A stretch of 64,000 nt of DNA from positions 4,475 to 68,474 of the forward strand of contig MCFE01000477.1 of assembly GCA_002104905.1 (NCBI GenBank), in the 5' to 3' direction. Each line of letters starts with the position of its first letter. Positions within the stretch are counted from its first letter, which is position 1. The position numbers and the translations under genes were made by a program. Of the stretch, positions 1 to 11,931 are shown in pieces. This DNA comes from Basidiobolus meristosporus CBS 931.73 (lineage: Eukaryota; Fungi; Basidiobolomycota). The notes beneath the pieces are model-generated. The model had not been told where the DNA came from, searched no databases, and saw nothing but the letters and a program-made list of their open reading frames with translations.

Positions 1-17
1 AAGAATGGAGGAATGCC

Positions 18-3000
18 ATGCTGCAAATCCTGGCCCAACAGCAACAGTTACTCCAGATCCTCAGCCAACAGCAACAAGGAATGACTACCATGGCTCAGAA
101 CCAGCAATGCCCTGTTAAGAGCAACTTTAGTCTGAAGGTCAACCTGTACCATGGCAGAGTCAATGAAAACCTGGGAACTTGGCTCTTTCATATTGAAGAA
201 GCTTTTAAAGCTAAAGGAATTGCTCCAGAAAGCAAGTTGCATTGTGCAGCTTCTTACCTGGCAGATGCAGCTTTACAGTGGTACCACAACAAGATCAGGT
301 CAGCCACTATGATGGGATGCTCTACAAACTCTACCTGGGATGAGTTTGTGTTGGAAATTCAGGATACTTTTGAACCTCCACACCAACAGACACTACTAAG
401 AAAGAAGTTAAAGACACTCAGACAGAAAGGAATGGTTCAAGAATACATCTATGGGTACAGATGTCTACTTGGACAAATTGAAAGAATGGACCCCCTGGAT
501 CAAGTTGAATACTTTATTTATGGGTTAAAAGAAAGTACTCCCAAGGAAGTGAATTATCAAAGACCTCACACTATCAAAGAAGCCATCAAGATTGCCATTG
601 ACTATGACTCAGCTATGTTTGGAGTTGGGAAGCCTACAGTGACTAATAAGAAAGGTTACAATCATTATGAAAGAAGACAGTCAGAAGCAGTACCAATGGA
701 AATAGACACTATGCAGAAGAATCCTGCCTTGGAAGAATGTAAGAAGAAAGGACTTTGCTTCAATTGCCACCAGCAAGGACATATTGCAAAGTACTGCCCT
801 CAGAGAAGAAATGGACACCAGCCATCAAGAACCTTTAACCGTATGGAGGCCATGGAGCATAGTAACATGAAGGATGAACTTGAGCAAGACTCAGAACTCA
901 CCTTCCAGGTGACAGAAGAATACCTATCCCAGATGACCTCAAATCCAGGAAAGCTATTATACTTGAATAGAGTAATCAATGGAGTACCTGCCAAGATCAT
1001 GATTGACTCAGGAGCATTGCATGAGTACATGTCAGAGCAATTTGCTCTGAAAGCTGGGATCAACTCAGAACCTACCAAATCAACTTCAGTCTCAACAGCT
1101 GATGGGAACTCTCACATAATCAACCATATTACTCAGCCAGTAAGAATGAAGATTAATGACTATGAAGAAGACCTACAGGCTTATATATTTGGGAACTGCA
1201 AGTTTGACCTTGTACTTGGAAAAACCTGGCTATTTTGTCGTAATACATCAATTAACTGGAGAACCCATGCTACTCAGATCCAAAAAGACAACAAGACCTA
1301 TGAGCTATTACCTGCCAGGCTGGATTTTAACTTGGTCAAATCCAGTATGTGTGAGACAAGTGAACTTAGCAAGACCCAGTTCTGTAGAGCACTTAGAAAA
1401 GGTACTAAGATGTTCCTCATGGCGGTATTACAGGAGGATTCCTGTACCCCGGCACCCCAGCAGGTCCAGAATCTCTTGAAGAAATATTTGGACATGTTTC
1501 CAGATGAACTTGTAAGCCTACCACCAGTCAGAGATGTAGATCATGCCATTGACACAGGTGATAGCCCTCCAGTGAGCAAGACACCTTACAGAATGAGTCC
1601 ATTGGAATTGGAGGAAATGAAGAGACAAATTGATCAGCTATTGGAGCAAGGATACATCGGGCCCAGCAAGTCACCCTGGGGAGCACCAGTGCTTTTTGTG
1701 AAAAAGAAGGATGGAACACTTAGGATGAGCATTGACTACAGAGCCCTGAACTTAGCTACTGTCAAGAATAAGTACCCCATACCTTGGATTGATGAGCTTT
1801 TGGACCAACTTTATGGAGCCACTATTTTCAGCAAGATTGACCTCATGTCAGGATACAATCAAATTAGGGTGAAACCAGAAGATATTCCTAAGACAGCATT
1901 TAGGACCAGATATGGACATTACAAGTACTTAGTCATGAGTTTTGGCCTCACTAATGCCCCTGCAACATTCATGACGCTGTAGTGGGGTGACAGTGACACC
2001 CACTGACAGATGTGCTCATTCCCTTATTTTCTACTTCCCTATATCTCTACTACGCTTATTTTAGTTTTATCCCATTTGTCTTACCCAATCAGTACTATCC
2101 CATAAGCCGGTTGACTATCACACCTGCTTACCTTATTGCATAAGTACCCCTCACCTTATGCAAGATTACTAGCTATAACTACTTCTATATTAGGCAAGTA
2201 CCTGCGCCAGTACCTGTGACACATGATCAACCCATGTCACCATACCTACCATTTCCAAACCATATATGGTATCACCATGTTACACAGGTTTCAGAATACT
2301 GAATCCTGATTGGTTGGATGTGCTGTGCCTCTTAGAACCTTCCGGCACCTACTTAGAACATTCTTAGGTCATTCTGATGTCGTTAAGATTTCTATTGATA
2401 TCCAGAACCTTCTGGAACACCATTATTAGTAATAACTTTGCCAGTAAGAAAAGTATATAAGGGAGGCTATCCCTCAACAATAAATCATCATCCCTTTTAT
2501 CAATATACCGACTTGTTGATTAGTGTGATCACTGCTACCTGCTGCTACCTGAACTTCCAACCCTAGACCACAGGACACTCCCAAGAAACCGCGCTGACAG
2601 CCAACTGACCTTGGAGGCACTACTTGTGAGGAATACTCAGAGTAGGTATCTTTTATTATATTTGATTCTTTCCCAAGTTTGTTCTTTTACAGGCAAAGAC
2701 ACTTTTCTGTCTTTGTAACTATTGACCACAGCTGCATTCTTATCAAGTCCCAGCTGGTGGAGTTTACAGTTGTTTTGACTTTGGAAGCTTTAGTACATTG
2801 TCATCTCAAAGGATGCTGAACCCAGCACATACTTTTGTTAAGACGCCAACTAACTTGGGGATTGTAGCTCAATAGTTTTCCCTTGACAAGCTTGTGGCTT
2901 CATTCCCCTTCACATTAGATTAGAAACAGAACCCAAGTATTCCTAGCAAGCTTTTGCCAGAGGTTATTGCACCCAGTGAACATCCCACACACAAAACACT

Positions 3001-5193
3001 TGAGAAGGGTTGGACGTATCTCTCCCTTGGACCTATACACCACCACAACGCTGATGCAGACTGTCTTTCAGGAGTACTTAGACAGGTTTGTGATAATCTA
3101 CCTGGATGACATATTGATATACAGCAAGACAGAAGAGGATCATGTAGTGCACATTGAAAAGGTCTTGAAGAAACTAAGAGAGAACATGCTATATGGCAAG
3201 CTAGCCAAGTGTGAATTCTTCAAGGAACATGTTGAATACCTGGGACACATAGTGACTAGCACAGGAGTGACCTTAGACCCTAAGAAGGTTGAAGTTATCA
3301 GGAATTTGAAGCAGCCCCATAGCATATCAGAACTCAGATCCTTCCTTGGAATGGTTTCCTATTATCAGAGATTTGTCAAGTCATTTGCAAGTATTGCAGC
3401 CCCTTTAACTGATATCCTCAAGAAAGACAATACCTACAAGTGGGACATAGCTTGTGAGACTGCCTTCCAGACACTCAAGAATGAACTTGCTAAGCTGCCA
3501 AACCAAAGAATACCAGACTTCAGAAAAGAGTTCACTCTGTGCACAGATGCTTCAGATTATGCAATTAGTGGAGTGCTGAGCCAAGAACACAAGGGAAAGG
3601 ACTACCCTGTTGCCTTTGAATCCAAGAAACTGAACTCAGCAGAACAAAACTATCCAGTCCATGAGAAGGAGATGCTTGCTATAATACACTGTTTGAAGAC
3701 ATGGAGATGCTATATTGAAGGAGTCAAATGCACTGTGAAGACTGATCATGCCTCCCTCAAGTATATATTTACTCCAAAGGTACTCTCTAGAAGAATGACA
3801 AGATGGAGTGAATACATTCAGCAATTTGACCTGGAGATTGTCTACTGCCCTGGAAAAACCAACACGGTTGCTGACGCCTTATCAAGATTAGATCAAGTTG
3901 CACAACTCAACTTGGTGCATGAATCAGATTGGCCTAGCCTATTACCAAAGTACTTGGAGGACCAAGCCATTCCTAATGAGGTGGATGAAGATATCAAGAA
4001 GATAATCCGTGATGAAGCCAGCAAATTTGTAGTACAGGATGAAACACTCTACCAAATTGTTGATGGAAGCCCTATTGCCTATTGCCCATATGTTTCTTGC
4101 CTGGATTTAATACATAAGCTACACAATGGATATGGACATCTTGGGATTGAAGGAACCTATAGCCTTGTGAAAGCCAGAGCATGGTGGCCCAGAATGAAAC
4201 AAGATATTGAGAAGCTAGTGAAAACATGCCCAAACTGCCAAATCAATCAAGGCCAGCCACAAAGAATTGCCAAACTCTTCCCTTTGGAGCCTGTAAGACC
4301 ATTTGAGAGATGGGAAATTGACTTTATTGGAAGACTGCCAACTACCAGGAAATGCAACCGTTGGATCCTAGTAGCAATTGACCATGCCACTAAATGGCCA
4401 GTTGCTATAGCTGTACCAATAGCCAGTGAACAAGAAGTTGCAAGTTTCATTTACCATGAGATCCTGATGAAGTTTGGATGCCCTGTGGAGATCTTATCTG
4501 ATAGAGGAGCAAACTTTATGGCAAAGACATTAGAGGCTTACCTGGAAATGCAGCAGATCAGTCACTTGAAAACCTTGGCATATCACCCCAGAACTAATGG
4601 AGTCACTGAGCGGTTTAATGGATTATTTGGAAAAATGCTCACCAGTATGCAAATGGAGTTGTCAGTAGATGGATGAGTATATAGACCAAGCACTCTTTGC
4701 ATGCAGAGTCAGAGTACACAACACCACCCAGCAATCACCATTTTACTTAGTGTATGGATGTGAACCAAGGATTCCAGGAGATCTCACACAACCCAAGCTT
4801 ACAGACACCTTAGAAGATGAACTCAGTCAGCCAAGTAGACACCAGCAACTGGAACAAAGACGTCAAGAGGCACAGACCAAAGTATCTCAAAGTGCAGAAA
4901 AGATGAAGCAGAGATTTGATAAGACTATAGCACCAGAAGCATTGACAGTTGGGAACTTTGTATTGCTAAGAAACAACACTTGGAAGAAGTTTGAGCCACA
5001 ATGGACAGGACCATTCAAGATCATCAGAGAATGTCCATTTGCAACTTACCAACTGGTGGACAAACAAGGCAATATCCAGGAAGACTTAGTGCATAGGGAC
5101 AGACTCAAGCTTGCAAGACTTGCTGATAATACTGAACCATCAAGATATTGGTATCACAAGAAAAGAGATTCAGGAGAACCCTCTCAACTTTAG
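18..5193 (+). mobile_element. Ty3/Gypsy gag-pol (gag, CCHC knuckle, aspartic protease, RT, RNase H, integrase); split by a solo-LTR insertion and frameshifted near 4650-4675
   Basis: [14 protein letters not shown] knuckle and MIDSGA protease in ORF 18-1982. RT reads NAPATFMTL|MQTVFQEYLDRFVIIYLDDILIYS across the insertion. RNase H (TDASDYA) and integrase (HxxxxH..CxxC, IDFIG, GPF) follow; no chromodomain seen. The 5' LTR lies outside the window. Confidence 0.95.
1978..3047 (+). mobile_element. 1,070-bp solo LTR inserted into the Gypsy RT
   Basis: TGTAGTGG...CACCACA ends; 4-bp TSD ACGC (1974-1977, 3048-3051); removing it restores the RT frame; internal TATATAA and AATAAA. Confidence 0.9.
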
Positions 5194-5203
5194 TAGGGGA
5201 GAA

Positions 5204-5572
5204 TGTTATGATATGCCGCTTGAATGTTTAAGTTAGATCAGTTTTTAGTCAAATCAATTAGTATATGTTTAGGTTATCAGTATATCAGTATTATCTATCA
5301 AATCAGTAGCTTTAGTCAGCAAATGAATCAAGCAGATCCTTATCAGACAGATAATAGATATATTAAGCAGGATCTTATTGGGTGAGGATGATGCAATCAG
5401 ATGAGTCATCAGCCACAACCTACATTAGGAAATACAATTAGTCAGCAATTGATCTGGCAAAATGTATATAAGGAGCTGCTGGAACTTCAATAAAAATCAG
5501 TTCAAGTTTAGTGAATACAATACTAGCTAAACTCCCTATTCCTCTACAACTCTTATACCAAGACTTGTAACA
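5204..5572 (+). repeat. 3' LTR (369 bp) of the Gypsy element
   Basis: TGTTA...TAACA ends, immediately after the purine tract AGTAGGGGAGAA that follows the integrase stop. Confidence 0.9.
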
Positions 5573-5619
5573 GCACTATATCATCTAGGTGCCAGAAGTA
5601 TTTTGCAGATGTTGATTGA

Positions 5620-8600
5620 ATGTTCACAGCAAAGGTGGAGGCAATTAAGCATATATTACAAACTGTAAATGCTACTAGTAATACAAGGTATACGGTAACT
5701 TTGTAAGAATCACATTGAAAAGCCACAGAGTTGATGTAATAGAAGTATGACAATTGGGGTGGGTGTATGTGTAAACAGAGGTTAGTAAGCAGAAGGCCAT
5801 GGTTTTTTTTGGCTTGAACTAACTGTGGGACACCTATGATAGTTGTGGGCAAGCAAATAGACCATGGTGACTCTACAATGTAATTTGGAATGTCACAAGG
5901 GGAGGTAGTTTGGAAAATTTGTACAGTGGCACTATACAGTACTAACTGTAGGCCCCCATACAACCATTATAATGCCAGCATATGTCTCCATTGAGGCTGT
6001 TGCAATACAGTCAAGTTTTTCCATAAATGCAATCACATGTGCTGGCTGGTAGAGTCTGTTCAAATAATGTATGTTGCAATAGGCCCCTCAGGATGCCATT
6101 CAAATCCTATCAGAGAACCACCCATGTACTGTGAAGACAACTTACCTGTTTTAAAGTGTAATAAGCAAAATACTGCCACAATCCTGTCAGATGATCATAA
6201 AGAGGGTCAATAATTCCAAGCTGCCTGCAGTATGAAGGGCTCATTGTGGAATCTTAAAAGCTGATCTGGACTGAATGCACTCTAAGAAACATCATTCATA
6301 GGGACACTGTAGTTGCTCCATTGTACTTTTCTAGGACATCCCACTCAACTCATGGTTATTAAGAACAAGTAGGTGTAATGGTGTGGCCACCAGTAGTCAG
6401 GATTGTTCTTGGATAATTTTGCACTATGCGGGACAATCTTGAACACAATGGCAAAATCTGACACAATGAGGTTGGCACAGATGAATGCAGCAACTTGTAA
6501 TGTTTGTGTAACATGTGCATTTGGATACTACTATTGTGCTAGGTAAATATGGTATTTGGATATATTTGTTGCATGCAAATGGAAATAAAAGCATTTCACA
6601 ATATAACCTATACTGACACCACCACTTTGGCTACCATTTCTCCAATTGAATGACCTCACAGTGGTTGATTGGTCTAGGGGTATCTTGAAGCAGTGAGCAC
6701 CCAATTGGCCCATTGACCATTATAGAGACTACCTGATTAGCCATTAAATATACCATTTAGCCAATTGATCAAGTATATTGCTGAATTTAGTGATTGGACA
6801 AGGTGTCATAGCAAGCACACAATCAATTGGGTAGCTACATAATAGATCAAATGGCTGCACTGGTGTTACAAGTGATGTATAAACATGTAGGGTGCTTAAT
6901 GATGGGGATTCTGTATCTAATGTGGGATCCCTTGAAATTACATTTATCAAAAGTAGGTGATCATTAATGTGGATGGTATGATTGGGGTTGCAAAAAAAGT
7001 GTGCTGTATGGACTCTAGCAATTGATAGCAATTCAATGCAATTTCCTTATCTTGTGCCAATTTTTTTGTCACAGATTGTACTATTGAAGCATTTAGTAGT
7101 CAATCACTTTTCACACCTAAGTTACTTTCCTGCTGACTATTATCTTGGCTGCATGTGTACTTGTAGTAACAATTTTGCCTCTTAATTGATTGGTGCATTG
7201 CTGTAGCTTGGCTAAATTATTTTGCTCCATATGATATCATGAAACCACTCTGAAGTGACATGTGCTGATGCATCCTTTCACTTGCCAAAGGCTCCTGTAG
7301 TGGGGGCACTTTCAGTGAGTCTTTGTTGGTCAGCTCTCCAGAATTCACATACTGTTGGTCAGGTGTTACAGCATGCACAAGCTCAGCATGATGTGTTGTC
7401 ATCACCCTTAGCTGAGTCCAATGTGATGCTATATGTATGTGTAACTTGGCCCACTCAAGTGGAATTGTGCCTGATTGAGCAGTTTGGCAAGTTCTGGTAG
7501 TCTTTCTATGAGCTGCGCATGCTGACCCACTGCACATTAACTTGGTGGGTGACACTCTAATCAAGGACACTGGCATGTATTGAATTGATGTGCAGCAGCA
7601 TACTGGTATTGCAAGGCTTGGTAAAGACCCTAGCAAGGTGTGCTGAATAATCTTGACACAGTGACCTGCAGCCTATGTTCCTCTACCAATGCTCACCTCT
7701 TCATTCCTCAGGGTATTCAGTTACCCTCTGTCTAATACCCTGGAACTATTGCCTTGATCAGTCCTGTGTATATTGCTTTTGGAATCCACTTAGATCTACC
7801 AACATATGATGCAGTATATTAGTCATCTGAAGCAAATACTCATTCAAAATCTCCATAATTCCCATAGTTAAGGCACAAACCAACATATCTGGTCTGTGCT
7901 GCACAAATTGCATGCATAATTGTTTACACACAGCTTGCTTATTGAGTCCCCTTACTCATAACTGAATCTTGATATCAATACTTGTCTCTATATATCTTCT
8001 TACATACATCAGCTGATATCTTGATCTAGTACTCATGCCACAGCTTTCTAATAGAACTCTTCCATCTCTGCCAACTCCCTGAGGTATCTAGCTCAGCTGG
8101 ATTATTGAGTAGTGACAAAATATCTGTATGAAGGCTCATCACAGACACTTGAGCAGTACTAAATTCATTTGGTAAGAACTCAAATAGATCCAACATTGCT
8201 TTTACAATTCAGACTGTCCCTGTAAACTGGTGCAAGAATTTTGAGAATTGGTATAAGGGCCATAGTGACAGATTTGGATATTTATACTGTAATATATGGG
8301 CATTAACCTGTGTCTATATAGAGCATATATGAAAACTAATGTGATTGTTGAATTTTCCATATATTGCTCATGATGCATCTTGGATTGCATTGATATGAAT
8401 CAGATTGAATCAGTTGCAGATTTTAAATTTGATCATAGACTGTGGATAATTCAGTAATAAATCACTGAGTCCTTGTTAAGGATGATTTTTGCCACAAAAT
8501 GATGAGATATATGGTCATTGATAAAAATTTTATCATAATGCTTGGGAAATTAGGTATATTAGGGTGATTGCTCCATCTCTGTTGACCATATTCTGCCTCA

Positions 8601-9820
8601 GTCATTCTCCAACTATAATATGACTTAGTGTTGAGCCACGTGTTCTGTATCAGGAGTATTTTAGATACCTTCCTAGTGAGGTTGAACAGACCTTCTACAG
8701 GCCAGAGTCATTTTTATTCTGGCAAATACTGAGCACACTCCCCACTTGAAATAATATGGTCCTGCAGGTGGATCAAACTAGGATCAGCCATCAGGATCCT
8801 GCAATGAGTCCATCATAATGCCAGCAGCTTGGAACTTTTGACCATCTTCACAATCATATGATGAGATTGTAGCAGCTTTTTGTTAATTCTACTGCCAATT
8901 AAAGTTAATGCATGACAATGTTTGAGAGGCCTTTTGACAAGATTTGCATGGGAATCTAGTGGCTTTAATGCATTCTACAAGTATTTGAGCAAGGCTGAAT
9001 GGCCAATACATTCCAATTCCCTTATAATACAAGGAACTTGACTATGTTTGGATGGCCTGATTGCAAACCTTTGCTGGCAGCATAATGGTGGTACAGTGGC
9101 CTATAGCTAGTTCTGCATAGTGCTATTGTGCTATCATATACCACTTAAATGTTTGAGTTAGATTAGTTTTTAGGCATATCAATTAGCTATATGTTTAGCC
9201 TATCAGTATATCAGTGATATCTATCAAATCAGTAGCATTAGTCAGCAAATGAATCAGTAGATTGTTATCAGACAGCTATAGATATATATTAAGCAGGATT
9301 TTACTGGGTGATGATGATGTAATCAAATGAGTCATGAGCCACAACCTATGTTAGGAAATACAATTAGTCAGCAATTGATCTGGCAAAATATATGTAAGGA
9401 GCTGCTGGGAGCTCAATAAAAATCAGCTCAAATTTGGTGAATACAATACTAGCTTAACTCCCTCTTCCTCTACAACTCTTTTACCAAGACTTGTAACAAT
9501 TGTACCAATGTACCAAATGATATTTTTGTTTTCTTCTCCCCTTGCACTATTTATATATTCCACTGTAGGATGGCCCAACTTCATTTGCTATCCCACTACC
9601 CACTTGGGGATTCCATTTATAGTTTGAATCAAAAAAAAATATGGCCTTCTGCTTACTAACCTCTGCATACCTGCATACCCACTGCATTTGACACATTGCT
9701 ATTACCTCAAGTCTATGGCTTTTTAGCTTGGTACTTGCATAGCTGCTATATGCCTTATATTACCAGTAACATTCATATCTTGCAAACATATGCTTTGCTG
9801 TCAACACTTTGCCATGAACA
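5620..9820. mobile_element. Decayed DNA-transposon-like element with ~400-bp imperfect terminal inverted repeats
   Basis: 5620-5985 is the reverse complement of 9070-9820 once the solo LTR is removed (e.g. CAGAGGTTAGTAAGCAGAAGGCCAT near 5777 vs 9641). Interior is stop-ridden, with only weak hAT-like hints on the minus strand. A third partial arm copy lies at ~28090-28315. Confidence 0.5.
9129..9498 (+). repeat. Solo LTR of the same family as 5204-5572
   Basis: Colinear with 5204-5572, TG...CA ends, 4-bp TSD ATTG on both sides. Confidence 0.9.
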
Positions 9821-9899
9821 ACTCATGAATACCAGCTAAGAGTTTCTTATTGTTTAGCCAATATATTCCCTCTCCCTGCTGAAATCCATTCCCCATTTT

Positions 9900-10800
9900 G
9901 GGTGTGCTCTGTCACTTGATTGTGTAAATTACATATTGAATGGTATAAAAACTGTCTTGTGACCAAGAGAAACCTGGCACACTTGGGCAAATTTGTGCTT
10001 ATAAAAATTTGTTGCTTGTTTGTTCAAATTCATAAAAATCACATTTGTGATGGACTTGAAGGTAATAGTCTTGATGAGATTGGTATATGGTAGTACCTGC
10101 CACTTGGCTTGTCTTCCTATCACTCCACTCATCTGCTCCATAGGAAATTCCTAAAAGGCCAAGCAAGGCCCAATATTTCCAGACACCAAGTAAGGTGGAG
10201 TAGAGAATAATAATGTGTGTGTTTTATAGGTGAATCTCTGGGATCTTGCACATTCAACAGCAATACCAACCATTGTGTCACAAATAGCCAGCTATCTTGC
10301 TGATGGCTGGGGTATCTTCAATGCAGATAATAATATACACTTTGATATGATAGCTGTTGGGTAGGATACCACTGGAAAGCATACAACATTCATCCAGCAA
10401 TGGATACCAGTAGCTGTCCAGTTTGGACTGTATTTAGGCTCAGCTACTTGTGAGACTACTTTCAGATTACTGCTCTGATACATAGGATAGGCAGCAGATT
10501 CAAGTTGATGAGAATTAGTGCCCAGCAGGACTTGCAGGTAAATTACTTGCTTAATTAGAGTCCATCCAGTGTTAATGCAGAGGCATGATCATACATATCT
10601 TCAAAGTAGCCCTTGTTTGTTAGTTGCTCATATTGTTTGCCATCAAATGTATCAAAAATGCTTGCACCTGATTAATACTGAGTGTAGTACTTTCTAACTT
10701 CACAATCTTTGTTGGACTGCATGAGCTTCTTTAAACAGGGTATCACTGGAATATACTTGCAATGGAAATAGTGTTTTCCCCCTATGCTGGTGGATTCTTG
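9900..10800 (-). pseudogene. CACTA/EnSpm (CMC)-type transposase fragment
   Basis: Minus strand reads KYIPVIPCLKKLMQ...IFDTFDGKQYEQL...LTLDG...CWALILINLNL, matching the remembered Tnp2/Transposase_21 pattern; many stops. Confidence 0.75.
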
Positions 10801-11929
10801 CTTTGAAGAACAAATAATCCAGACCCTGACAAGCAATCCACCCAAGAAAGTTATTTCATACAGAACACGCAGTAGCCAACACATCTTTTGAACTACAGCT
10901 CATTTGAAGTAGTACTTAAGGAGTTATGACCAAAAGAGTCCCATTATTATATAAACTAGGTCTCTATTGCTAGGACTACTATGGTGACTTTGATTGTGTG
11001 TGAATTTTGAGCCAGCCAAGTCATATCATGTGATATTCTCACAGGTGCTGCGCCTATGTCCAATCTGCGCCACTGCAAAATTTTAGCTTTGTATCATGTG
11101 TATTACTTGCGCAATTGCCCAAAACCTTTGATCCTTCAGATGTTTCATATATATGACTTCCCCAGCTGAAAAGTAAAAAGAGAGCCTCTCTTTCCAGAAT
11201 CTCCACACGTCAATTACAAGTTTAAAGGTTATAAGACTTCCCCTACACCACTTGCACTGCTGAGTATTCTGACTTTGATTGGTACTACATCAGTAAAGAG
11301 ACTGCAAGCTTACTATGAAATCCAATATAAGCATCCTTACTTAAAGAACTACCACTCTTCTATTGGAAAGTCCTCTCTAAAGCAGACCCCTGTACTCTAA
11401 AGACATTCCTTTAGACACCCCCTTAGATACCCCTTTAAGAAACCCCTTTACTCTAAAGAAACTCCCTTACTCTAAAGAAGCCCCTTTAGGCACCCCTTGA
11501 GTGTAAAGTCCACTTCAGAGGCCACCACAAGAAGCCCCTTTACTCTAAAGACATCCCTTTAGGTCAAAAGACCCCTTTAGAGACTTCTACAACACACCCC
11601 TTTAGGTTAATAGGGAGTTCAGAATATCCATATTAGGACATATTTTATTGGAAAGGAAAGTGACTTTCAAATAAGGAAAAGCCACTATAAAAGTAAATAA
11701 GCCCATTAGTTGACAGAAGATCAGAACACTGCTGTAGAAGTGAGAAACACTGCCTATAGTATATTTTGAGCCTAAGATTGAGGATATTAGTGATAGTTAT
11801 ATCTTCTATTGGTATATCAAACTCCCAATAAGTTATTTCAGTATTAGCATACTGGAAGTTGTGGTGTATAGTTGATTAGCCTCTACATTGTAGAACAAGC
11901 CCCAAACTAATCATTATACAACACAACAA
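10800..11929 (-). repeat. ~1.1-kb LTR-like repeat, left copy (inverted relative to 13273-14337)
   Basis: Reverse-complement match over its whole length; begins TGTTGTGTTG on the minus strand; contains an array of CCCCTTTA/CTCTAAAG motifs at ~11385-11610. Confidence 0.8.
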
Positions 11930-11931
11930 CT

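Noticed and set aside
7200-8950. Helitron Rep/helicase interpretation of the decayed interior
   Set aside because: Only vague resemblances; the flanking long inverted repeats are not a Helitron feature.
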